From Geosiphon pyriformis uo1 (Eukaryota > Fungi > Glomeromycota): a stretch of 64,000 nucleotides of DNA. Positions 38,624 to 49,722 of the stretch are shown one piece after another. The stretch is from positions 124,001-188,000 of the forward strand of contig JAAOMT010000639.1 in the NCBI GenBank assembly GCA_016748015.1, read 5' to 3'. The notes below the pieces were generated by a model. It did not search any database and was not told the origin of the DNA. It saw nothing but the letters and a program-made list of their open reading frames with translations. How positions within the stretch are numbered: the first letter of the stretch is position 1; every line of letters begins with the position of its first letter. A program made the translations under genes and the position numbers.

Positions 38624-38768
38624 TGTTGTTTTAACTGGCCCAAATAACTAGTCACATGTAGCAAATACATGAATTGTATTTAATTTAAACCATTTAGTTT
38701 GGTTTTATGTACTAGATAGCAGTTAGACTTTATTTATAAAATTTTATAATAATAAAAAAATAGGTAAT

Positions 38769-39916
38769 TAAAAATATTACATGTATTTAAAAAAATAATA
38801 CTAAAGTTATTTTTTTTTTGTTTGTATTTGTTTAAATATTTTTAAGTTATACAATAATAAATAATAAATAATCTTATTTAAAAATTTTTTTGGCAATCTA
38901 ATCTTTATTTTCAAGCTTTTTTTGATTAAAATATCTTATTTAATATACATATTTTTGAAAACAAAATTGAATTAAGTTTTATAATTAACAATAAATTGCA
39001 ATATAGCTAAAATTAAATAAAAAAACTGCTTATTTAAAATAGTTTTTTTTAAAACTATATTAGCAAAACTTAATATTTAAATATGTTTTAGCCAAACTAG
39101 ATTTAAATAGATTATTTAATAACAAAAAAATATTCAAGTATTTATAAGGTTTCTTTTTTTTTGTAATAAATATTAGTAAATTATTAATTATTAAATAAAC
39201 ATTTCTTATTTTCTAATTAATAAAAATAGTTATGGTTTTTTTATTGTTAATAGAAATATTATTAATCATAAAAAATTTATTTATAATATTTAAAATATAT
39301 TAAGTAGTAATCTAATTATTTTTTATTTAAATTGTATTATTAACAAATATATTAATTTTTAAATATAAAGTTAATTCAGTTTGATTTTTAATTCTGTTAA
39401 ACTTAATAGCAAATTTAGTATTAATTTAATAATATAAATTTTATATTTTTTTATTTTATATAAAAAAAAATTATAAAAAATTCTTTAAAACAACAAAAAA
39501 AAAACTTTATTTTGATTTAAACTATTATATATTTAGTTTTTATTTATTAATTTATAATTTATTATAATATAATTAATTCTATTATTATAAATGCTGCCAA
39601 AAAACTTTATAAATTTTTTATATATTTTTATTCTAATTAGACTATTTTTTAAATAATATTAATTAACAAATTATAAGTTTTACACATATTTTACAAGACT
39701 AATTAGAGCTTATAATCTTTTTTTAATATATTTTTTATCAAAATATTTTTTAAAATTAAAAAACTGATTTATATATTAAACAAAGATTTAAAAAATCTAA
39801 AAACATTTTTAATGTTTTTAAAGTTTATTAATGATATTAAACAAATTAGCAGTTTTTTTATTTAGTAAATTTTTAATTATATTTAATATTTTATTATATT
39901 TAATAATATTTATTAT
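38769..39916 (-). mobile_element. L0 piece 2: eroded RT region
   Basis: Reverse complement reads KFIKFFGSIYNN and LYNLKIFKQIQT, matching L3 WFISFFGNIHGG and FYGLKSFV*IQS. Confidence 0.65.
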
Positions 39917-39942
39917 TAAAAATTAAAACTTCTTTCTTTCCT

Positions 39943-41904
39943 TTGTCCCAAATTTCTGAAAAAGAGTCAAATTTTGAAAGAAGTTTTTTCTGTTTTTGCA
40001 TACTGTCTTTCAATATTTCACAAGAATCAAACCCTTTTGTTGTTGGCCTGGCTGCCACTATAAGTAGTCATGATGCTAAGAAAAGGTCTGCCAGAGTTTC
40101 AACCACTAGTTCAGTTGGTGGTGGTTCAACTCAAAAAGTCAAAAAGCCTCTCAGTGGTATTAAACTTTCAGATACGGATAAGGATCTCAAAATTAGTAGA
40201 CCTGTTAGTATAGACAGGCAACTTACTAGCATGGATACGGATGGAGAAGCCTTTGATGGAAAAATCACTTCTGACTCCCAAATGAATACACCCAATGTGA
40301 AGTGTTTCAATACTGGTGTGGCTATCAGTTCCCCTCTCAGCTCTATCAATTATGACATGGATGATGATGAAGAGGAAGTTTCTCTTCTTCTCCAGTTGTC
40401 TTTCTCTTTGGAAAAGATGTGAGTGGACCCCAAAATTGTTAAAACTCAGGTAGAAGTGGCTGTGAAGAAATCTTTCACTTTGGATATCAATTTTTTGGCT
40501 GTGGAAAGGAAATCGGCAACGGCCAAGACTCATGCCATAAGGAAATTATTTTCAAGAATCAATGGTTTTGGGGGGGCCACTACCCCCTCAAAGTTTAAAG
40601 GGATCATCAGATCTACATTCACATCAGAGGAAAGCATGAGAAAAGCTGTATCATTGGCTGGAGAAAATGGGATTATTGTAAACACCGATCTTAAAAGACA
40701 AGGAGTGCGCTCAGATCGGGCTGTAGTGATAAAGAAAATTCCCATGGATATGCCAAAAAAAATGATCGTCGCCGCAGTGTCTGAATTTGGTCAAGTGGTG
40801 TTGATCCAATTGCAACTCATTGGGCTGTAGCAAAAAGCTGTAGTGGAGTTTGCCAAATCGAGTTAGGCAGATCAGTTGGCAGCTAAGTGGTCATTTTTAA
40901 TTGGGAAAGATTCAGTGCGCGTGGCTAAGACTGTGCAGAATCATGAGACGTGGGTGTCTAAAGATCAGTATAAGGCACTTTTGTTTACTTTGCCAGTGGG
41001 AACAATGGCTCATGATCTTGGCAATTTTTTGGCAGGGGCTGGTGAGAAAACTTGTGTCATAAATCATTCTTTAGTCACTGGCAATAGGATTCGTTGTGCT
41101 GTGATTTGTTTTGAGAATAATGAGGATTTGGAGTCTGTGTTTCATACAGAGCCTGTTTTTGGTGGGGTGAAACTTTTTTGGGCTAGATTGGATTTGGTTC
41201 GGTGTGAACAATGTAGGAAACTTGGTTATTCAGTTCTGGAGTGTGATGCTGAAGTCTCACATTCTCCTGAACTTTCCAAATCATTTAAAAAGATTGTCTC
41301 TGATAAAACCCGCTTCCAGTTGGCCAAGCTATATGCAAAAAAGAGTGTGCCTATTTCCAGACCAGCTGCATTCGGCAGCAAATTATGGGCCCAGGTTGTC
41401 TCCCTAGCGTCTTCATCTAATGGTCCTCACTTTGGTTCTGGTCCTAATTTTGGCTCTTCTTCTGGCGCCTCAGTTTTGGTTGGTAACTCATCTCTCGCGG
41501 GTCCTGTTGGTTCAATTTTGGAAACTCGTCTCGCTTCTTTGGAGCACTTTTTGGAATTTCTCATGGATAAGATATCCGGTATTATTGACAAACTTGACAG
41601 TTTAAGCTTGGTGCCCTCGGCTCTCGATTCCTCTTCTTAGCCCTTGGCTGCCCCTGGTTCAGTCAATATGAAACTTGGTTCAAATATTTTTTTGGATGAA
41701 CTTAATTCTGTGGTTATTCCTCCTTCTTCGGTTTCCTCTGATACCTCAAGTTTGGGTTCGAGTAGTTCAAAAGTTCTGACTTCAAAAGTGGGTTGCTTGG
41801 AATCAAAGTTGGTGGCTCTCGAAGCTTCGGTTAGTTCGGTATTGGAGAAGTTAGATCAGATGTGTGCTGGCTCGGGTTCTGCGGTCTTTTTTGCAACCCG
41901 ATGA
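39943..41904 (+). pseudogene. L3 ORF1 (nucleic-acid-binding protein with a decayed CCHC knuckle)
   Basis: Track ORFs 39943, 40423, 40876 and 41644 share one frame; CEQCRKLGYSVLEC; true start not determined. Confidence 0.8.
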
Positions 41905-44900
41905 ATGATTTAGTATGGAAAATAGCCACATGTAATGTCAGAGGAATGAACAATTCAGCTAAACAAGAGGATATTATATGTTGGCACAAGAATATGAACA
42001 ATTTAGTTTCAATTGTCACTGAGACAAAGTTAAAAGATAAGGTACAGCCTTGGATTGCTAGCAAGTTCGATGGTGTTTGGGTCTTCATTTCTGGTTTGAA
42101 TTCTGGTCATCTTGGTTCTGGTGTGGCAATCATTATAAACAATTCTCTGGCCAAGCACGTGTGCAAAGTTTCTAAGGTCCCTGGTCGCCTTATTTCTGTC
42201 AAGTTGCTTTTTAGGAATAAATTCTCAGTTTCTTTTTTGGGTCTGTATGCTGGCGCGTCGGCTTTGGTGTGCTTCTCTCAGGCCAATGACGTGAATACTA
42301 TGATTGCTAGTGCTGTGAATGAATCATCCTTTGTGGTCTTAGGTGGTGACTTCAATGAAGATAGTTTGCATAGAAGCGCCAGTTTCAGGAAGTGTGGTAG
42401 CTTGGGTCTGGTCAACTCTCTTGTCTGCAGTCTATTTGTAAAAGTCCCAACTTGGAGTAACTCCTGGGGTGTGACAAAGACAATTGATTATCTTTTCATA
42501 TCTCCCAATTTGGTCAATGCTATTGTGGATCATGATGTTTTGGATGTGTCTGACTTCTTTGATACTGACCATCAAGCTGTTTCTGCGTCAATTGGTTTAG
42601 GTGGTCTCTTAGATACACGTTTGTGTTCTGTTCGCAAGCAGGCCAATAGGGATTGTTGGAAGTACGATTTTAAGGATACTAGTGTTGCCTTGTGGTTGAG
42701 ATTCAGGGAGGCCACAGCAGTGAATGCTGCCATGTTCTCTGCTGATTTCTTGGCTGCCAGGGATCTATTGGATTTGGATGCGATGTGGAATGCTGTTCAA
42801 AAAACTATGTGCTTCTCAGTGAGTGAAGTTTTCAGGAAAAAATGGTTTAAAGGTTATAATGGCGTTTTCACTAAGCATTCATTCAGGTTCCATAAGCTAG
42901 AACTTTTAGTGTTCAAGTTGGTCAAAGCTTCCTGTTCTGTTGATTGTGATGTGTTTGTATCGCTACTTGATACTTGAGAAGTGCTTGATTCTGCTGGTGC
43001 TGCTGTGGTAAGGTCTCTTTTTCTCTCGAAGTCTTTTTTTGACAACATTTGTTCAGCTCTGTCCAAAACCAGGAAGTTTTATCGTGCCTCAAAGTTGTTG
43101 GAATCAAAATGTGCTGAAGAGTCACAAATCAGATCTGCTGTTGATAAAAGGATGGAGAGCTTTGAATCTAACAAGGGTCACACTATTAGAAGCATCTTGG
43201 AGAGGCCTTTTCGCAAGGTGGTTTTGGATTATTTGGTGGTTGGTGATGAGCTGTATTTGGATCCTGATCATGTTAAAGAGAAAGTGGATGAGATTATGGA
43301 GGGGTGGACTCGTAAACATGATGTGGCTCTTAATGTTTCTGGGAATTGGTCTAACCAATATTGGCCTTTGGATTACGTATTTGATGGCACTTTTTTAAAT
43401 GTAATGAGCTGTGTTAGTTTTGATGAGATGTCTGGTGTGGTCTCTGTCCTACCTAACGGAAAGGCTGCTGGTCTCTCAGGCATCTCCAATGAACTTTGGA
43501 AGCACTGTGATAAATCTGTTCTTGATATGCTCTTGGTGCTTATTAATTCTTGTCTTCATGGTGAGTCTGTGTCTGGTGCTTAGAAGGAAGCCTGGGTGTT
43601 GATGATTCCCAAACCTTATGAATGGGAGGGTGTGCTCACAAACACTTGTCCTATTGCTCTGATTGAGACAGCTTGAAAAATTCTTTCCAAAATTCTCTCT
43701 GATAGGATCTCTTTGGCATGTAGCAAGTTTGATATTCTTCGTGGGGACAATTTTTCCATTCTCAAAGGCATTACAACTCAGTCTCCCATTTTTGCAATTG
43801 GTTCGGTGATTGAAGATGCTCTTGAAAAAAACCAGGAGCTCTGGCTGGTTTTACAAGACATGTGAAAAGCATATGACTTGGTCAGTTGGGATCATCTTAA
43901 AAAAAGTTTGGTTAGGATAAAAATGTGCTGCTGGTTTATAAGTTTTTTTGGAAATATTCATGGTGGTCAAACAAACTGGGTTATGACTGATTTTGGGTTG
44001 ATGAATGGTTATCATGTACACAATGGCTTGGACCAAGGGGAGGTATTTTCACCTCTTCTTTGGTGTATATTTTATGATCCTCTTTTGTGCAAAGTTAAGA
44101 GGCAGGAGAGTGTATGTGGTTACAGGTTAAATTCTCATTTTGTTGCTAAGACGGGCCGTGTAGAGTCCCAGGCTGGTTTGTCGTCTTTCTTTGCTGCTGG
44201 CGCTTTTGTGAACAATATGATCTGGATGGATAGCAGTCAGACTGCCACTCAACACATTCTTGATGTGGCTAGTGAGTTTTTCCATATCAATGATATTTCA
44301 ATTAATAATAATAAGACAATGGCTATTCCAATTAATAGCTGTGCCAGTGCACCTTCTCTTTTCATCAGTGGATCCCCTATTTCTATAGCTAAATCAAGCA
44401 AATCTCATCATTATCTGAGTATCTTCGTGTCTTCTGAGGGACTGTCAAAGCCCAGCCTGGCAAAAGCCCATTCAGATGTTTGTTTTTTTATCAACTTGGT
44501 TCTAAGAAAAGCCGTATTGGACAAACAATTTCTTTATTTGGTGTCAGCTGTTCTCCACTCCATCATTGGTTATAGAACTCAGTTTAGTTTTGTTTCTGTC
44601 AGTGTGTGTAATAAGTGGGATGCTATGATTCATAGGGGCTTGAAATCCAAGTCTGGATTGTCTCTTGATTTTCCTAATGACATGATCTATCACCCTTTAT
44701 TCTATGGGTTGAAATCTTTTGTCTAGATTCAATCAGAGAGTAAAGTCACTTCCCTTATTTGTTTTGCAAACTCAGTGGGAATTCTGGGTTGCCTGTTCTC
44801 CCACAGGTCTCATGACTTACAGGTTTTGAGCTGGCGCCCTATTCATCCTTTGAGTGTTTCTGTTCATGTACAAGTCAGCCCTTTGAGTAATTTCTTAGCA

Positions 44901-46567
44901 GGTGCTGTTTGTGTTCTCCTCGATTGCAACTTATCTTTGAGTGGGTCTTTTGGTAGTCCATTTCGGCTTTGTGGTGGGATACCCATGTCTACTATTCTTA
45001 GTGAGTCTAAATTTGTCAAGTTCCTTCCTTCACTCCGACGATATGACATCACCTTTGTTGACCAACTCCATGATTGTTATGGAGCTGTGTTTGACTGGTA
45101 CAAATTCAAGCAGTAGAAGAGATTGGATCTCCGTAGCCCAACTCCTGAGTGGTTCACACTTTCTGTCAAGTTCCTGTCTAATACGTCTTCTCCTCGTGTC
45201 ACTTCTCCTGCTTTGACTGGTGTGGGTCTTCAGAGTATTCTCGCCTCTCCTGGCTTTGTGTTGGTTCATGATCAGCTTTCCCAAGTCCTTCCTAGTAGCA
45301 TTTCTGTTTATACAGATGGGTCTCTAACAAACCTTGGTACCAAGAATTGCACAGCTGGGACTGGTGTTTTTTTCAGTGACATTGATCTGGGTTTGGGCGT
45401 TGGAGTTTTGGGTCTACTGTCTTCTACATTGGTGGAAATGCAGGCCATTGTGCTGGCACTGGAGTGTGTCCCCCATTCTAGTTGTGTTTATCTGTTCTCT
45501 AACAGTCAAGCTGCTTTGGATGCCTACAAGTCGGAATTGGGTCTAGTGCATCCGAATTTTTGCAACTGTTGTTGGGTTGAACGCCTGCATATTGTAAACA
45601 TTATTTGTGGCAAAAACTTAATGGTTAAATGGCACAAAGTGAAAGGCCACTCTGGTGTGATTGGAAATGAATGTGCTAATGCTATAGCTGGTGTTTCTTC
45701 TCACTCGGGCTGGTTCCTTCCTTGTTGGCGGATGGTGGGGCTGTTTCTGGCAATTTCAGGTATTTTGTTTGCGATATTTTTCGTTTTGTTAGTCATGTGC
45801 GCTGGGAGATTGGTTTTGGTTCTAAATTTCTGTCTGCCAGTTTGTTCACGGATGTAGATTGGTCCTGCTCCTCACTGGTATGGCATCCTGATTCACACAT
45901 GGCTGCTGGCCACACTAGCAAGTCCACAGCAGATGTGTGCAGTTTTCTCATAAAGGCATTGCACCACCAGCTGCCTGTTGCTGTTCGTAAATGTTTGTAT
46001 AACAGAAAATAGCCCAGCATATTGTGCTTATATTGTGGTGAAGTGGAGACATCAGATCATGTTTTCTCTTGCAAGGCTGATGTCTCTGCACGTCTTCAGA
46101 TACTGGATACATGTTCAAAATCTTGGATGGTGCTTTCTGGCCTGTCTCACTCTTCTTCCTGCATGCTGCAATTGCTGTCTTCTTGTGCCTCTGATGTTTC
46201 TGTGTTTACGGTTCTCTCTAAAGAGTTTGTTTTTATTAAGTGGCTTCATGAAGCTATCTCTGTTTTCAAATATCACAAGGCTGCTGGTTCAACTATTGTT
46301 GAGTTCATGCGTTCCCTTAGTTTTGCTTTTAGGAATAATATTTGGTTGGTTAGGGTTAAGCATTGTGTGTTTATGGAGAGAAATAATCTCATCCCACTTG
46401 ACAGTTTGGTTCCCATCTTGGTCCCTGGCTCGGCTTCTAGGTTCTCAGCTGGCGTTGTTAGGCTACTTGGTGTGGCTGAGGCTTTTGGTGTTCATTTTGG
46501 CTTTTGTAAACAATGTTCTTTCTTTTCTGGTGTCAGTGATTCTGTTTCGGTATGTATAGCTGTGTAG
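41901..46567 (+). pseudogene. L3 ORF2: APE endonuclease - RT - RNase H - zinc finger
   Basis: IATCNVRG, LGGDFN, IDYL, DTDH; LQDM*KAYD, GLDQGEVFSPLL, AFVNN (decayed FVDD); VYTDGS, KVKGHSG; CLYC...DHVFSC. One frameshift at ~45720. Confidence 0.93.
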
Positions 46568-46720
46568 TGTTGTCCTGATTGGCCTGAGTAGCTGGTCACG
46601 TGTAGAAAAAGCATAATTCACACTTAGTTTATGTCATTTCTTTGATGTATAGCTTTAGGTAGTGTTTGGATCTCACTCATAAAATGTAATAAAAAAAAAA
46701 ATAATAATAATATTTATTAT

Positions 46721-48173
46721 ATCTAAAAAGCATTATTATTAATATAAATAAAAAATAAATATTATAAATATTATAAACCAAAAACATTATTTAAAACCAT
46801 TTTTTTTATTTAATTTTTTATTATTATATATATTTTAAACTTAATTTTATTAAAAACCAGAATTAAATTTTTTTAACAACCAAGTAATTAAAGATTACTT
46901 TATAAAATAGATGCTTTAATATATTTTTAATAATATAATCTTTATTAACAACAAAATTTTTTATTTATTTTGTAATAACAAATTTAATTTTTAACTTTTT
47001 AGTTCTTTGCAATTTAGTAAGCTTAGATACATAATAAAATTTTTTATCTTAAATATAATAAACTTAATATTATTAAAACTTGTATCTAAATTTATTAAAA
47101 TTCGAATATTTAAAGCTTTATTACTGTTGATAAACATCCAAAAATTTATTAAAAAAACAAATTTGTTATTAAGCTTTATTTTTAAAGATTTGAAAATTTT
47201 CAAACCCAAAATTTTCAACTTATAAAATCTTGAAAAATTTTTAGTAAAAACATTATTGAACTTTTTAAACCAAGTGTTAACAAATAATTTTTTAAATAAT
47301 ATTTTATATTGTATTTTAATTTAATAATTTTTTTAAAACACAAAACTTATTAAAATATAATAATTAATATAGTATTTTTAAAACAAATCTACTTAAAATC
47401 ATCAGTATTTTTAATATTAAACTTTTATCAGTTTTTGTTAACTTGTTTTTTAAGATTGTTTAATTGTATATTTAGTAAACTATTTAAATTTATTAAAACA
47501 AAAATTACTTAATAATTAGTATTAAAATACTTTTTAATATTTTAAATATAATAATCAACTATAATATTAATAAAATTTGTAAAGACCAATATATAATTAA
47601 TTGTTTTTTAACTTTTTTGGAAATTTTTTATATAGATATCTTAACAATTAAACTTTTTATTAAAGAATTAACAAAACCTAAATTAAAAATTTTTTGAAAT
47701 TAACATTTTTTTGAAACCTATTTTTATTGAAATCATTTTTTAAAACTATAAACAAAAATTTATTTACAGTTTTAGCAATTAGTAAATTGATTTTTTTAGT
47801 TTAAATTAAATATATAACCAAAACAGCACTAACATAAAACTTCAAAATAATAATTAAAAACTTATTTTTAAAAAACAACTTAATTAATAAAAATTAATTA
47901 ACAATTTTAAAAATTTTATATGTTTAGTTAAATAATTGTTTATAATAATTATAATATTAAAATCTATATAATCAAATTTTAAACCAAAAATATAGACTTA
48001 AATACTATTAAATTTATTCTTAATTTAAGAACAAACTTTACTTTTTAGTTTTGTCTTAATAACAATAGAAATTAAATTGTTTATATTCTTATATTATTTA
48101 ATAATATTTTTTTGCTTTACAAAATTGTTTATTTTTCTTATATTATATATAACAATATTTCAAATAAAACTAG
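46721..48173 (-). mobile_element. L0 piece 1: eroded endonuclease region
   Basis: Reverse complement reads I*NIVIYNIRKINNFVKQKNII (L3 VWKIATCNVRGMNNSAKQEDII) and WFKKFNNVFTKNFSRFYKL. Confidence 0.7.
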
Positions 48174-49010
48174 TGTTACAAGTAATTATTTGGGGTCTCA
48201 AATCAAATAACAAACCCATAACTTGGTGCTTGGCTAATATTCTGGTGTTGATATCTGAAGGTTTTGTTGGAGAGTTTTTTATATAATAAACAGAAATTTA
48301 ATTGATGATTTTATTCATAGCTTTCCGAAACCACAGTTTCATTAAATTTTTTTTTTAGTGTAATGGTCAGTAATTCTCCTGATAAGCTATTTCTAAATCT
48401 ATAAGTGTTCTACTCTTGTTTCACAGGTCTTTTATCAGTCCCTATGATGTCTGTATCTTAGCACTTAATTCTTAATCAATTTAGTAAAACCAAAGAAATA
48501 ACAAAATAAAATAAAATAAAATAAAAAAATATAAAGAAATGAGTCAAAGCAATTACAAGTTAGTATCCTATCAATAGCCATGATCAAAAGCTATTGTTCC
48601 AGTATAGTTAAGTATCAATTACTATTAACATGAAATGCTGATAGTAAAAAATAAATTTAAGATAGAGAATAATTATTTATTGATATTTGTGAGTTGGAAG
48701 GTTGCTTAGATCAATTCTAAACTAAGAGATCTCTAACTAAAAGATTCTGTCTTTTTTCCTTCTAATACTACTGCTATATATACATGATTGAGATTCCTCA
48801 ATTTCTCAATTCCTTATACCAGAAATCCTAGAATTCCTTTTGAGAGAAATCCTGGAATTCTGGAATCTTGCGATTCCTTGTCCAAGAATTCTAAAATTCC
48901 TGGAATCCTGCAATTCCTCTAAGAGAAATCCTGGAATTTCACATTTACTATGGTTATTTCTGATTGGCTAATTTATGCTAATATATACTTCCTATATTCT
49001 ATAAGTAACA
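48174..49010 (-). repeat. A3 3' LTR (GGAATTCC-type U3 repeats)
   Basis: TGTTAC...GTAACA termini; preceded by CTAG. Confidence 0.88.
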
Positions 49011-49019
49011 TTATTTCCT

Positions 49020-49662
49020 CTTTTTAATATTGAGCTCCATTGAGATCTCCCAAATTTCCTAATCATAATTCTCTATCTTTGAGTATTTTCTGAACTTCTT
49101 TTTTGAGAATTATTTGTGTTATCCTGTTTTGTAATTCTTCAAATTGGGCATTGGTTATTTTTCCCATTTAGTTCACTGTAATAGAGTCTATTTCTAAATT
49201 AAGTAAAATTTCTGGTCTGTTTTGGAATCCAGCATGCAATTAATAGATGGCTTTTGCTTGTGTTGTTAAATTGTTCTTTCTCATAAATTGTTCTAGTTGT
49301 TGTAGTATTATTGTGTTAAATAATTGGTTTGTTTTATTCATGTATAAGTTTTGAATATTCAAGTGTCGTCCCAAGTAGAAATAACAAAAGTTTCTTGGAA
49401 ATTTGTGTATCCACTATTTCCACGTTTTTTTGGTCAATTCTTGATATGTGGTGACACTTGTTGGTTTTTCTATTGCTAATTTTATTTTCAGAACCATTTT
49501 GTCAATAGTGTTTTCTGTTTTTCTTTGATTTTTGTATTTGGGTATTTTTCTGGTATCTTGGTATTAAATGGTTTATTAATTAATAGTAATTTTCATATTC
49601 TGTTGTTGAATCAGTTGGAAGATTTGTTGTGCTAGTGAGTAGATGTTGTCAGTAATTTCCAT
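49020..49662 (-). pseudogene. Family-A ORF3, divergent A3 variant
   Basis: MEITDNIYSLAQQIFQ...ELTKKTWK*WIHKFPRNFCYFYLGRHLNIQNLY aligns by eye with the A2 ORF3; 3' end approximate. Confidence 0.7.
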
Positions 49663-49722
49663 TTTTCTGAAGTCTTTTGTCACATCTACTATGTATTTAT
49701 ATCCTCTTTTTATTGTTCAATA

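Larger units (their letters stand above)
6753..38760 (+). mobile_element. L2: full-length decayed LINE split at 7090/32336 by a 25-kb LTR-retrotransposon stack
   Basis: 5' end resembles the L3 5' end. ORF1 reads through the junction in frame (LTESDSI|NIQEKCLVKKPSFDY, same frame as ORF 32419). ORF2, 3' UTR and poly-A follow at 33939-38760. Confidence 0.85.
39917..46704 (+). mobile_element. L3: least-decayed full-length LINE
   Basis: ORF1 + ORF2 + 3' UTR + poly-A, flanked by a perfect 16-bp direct repeat TAATAATATTTATTAT (39901-39916 and 46705-46720). Confidence 0.93.

Noticed and set aside
46991-47225. Short Ile/Lys/Phe/Asn-rich ORFs in AT-rich tracts (also 2863-3080, 3757-3960, 5144-5353, 48077-48286)
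   Set aside because: Chance frames in eroded LINE sequence, not host or organellar genes.
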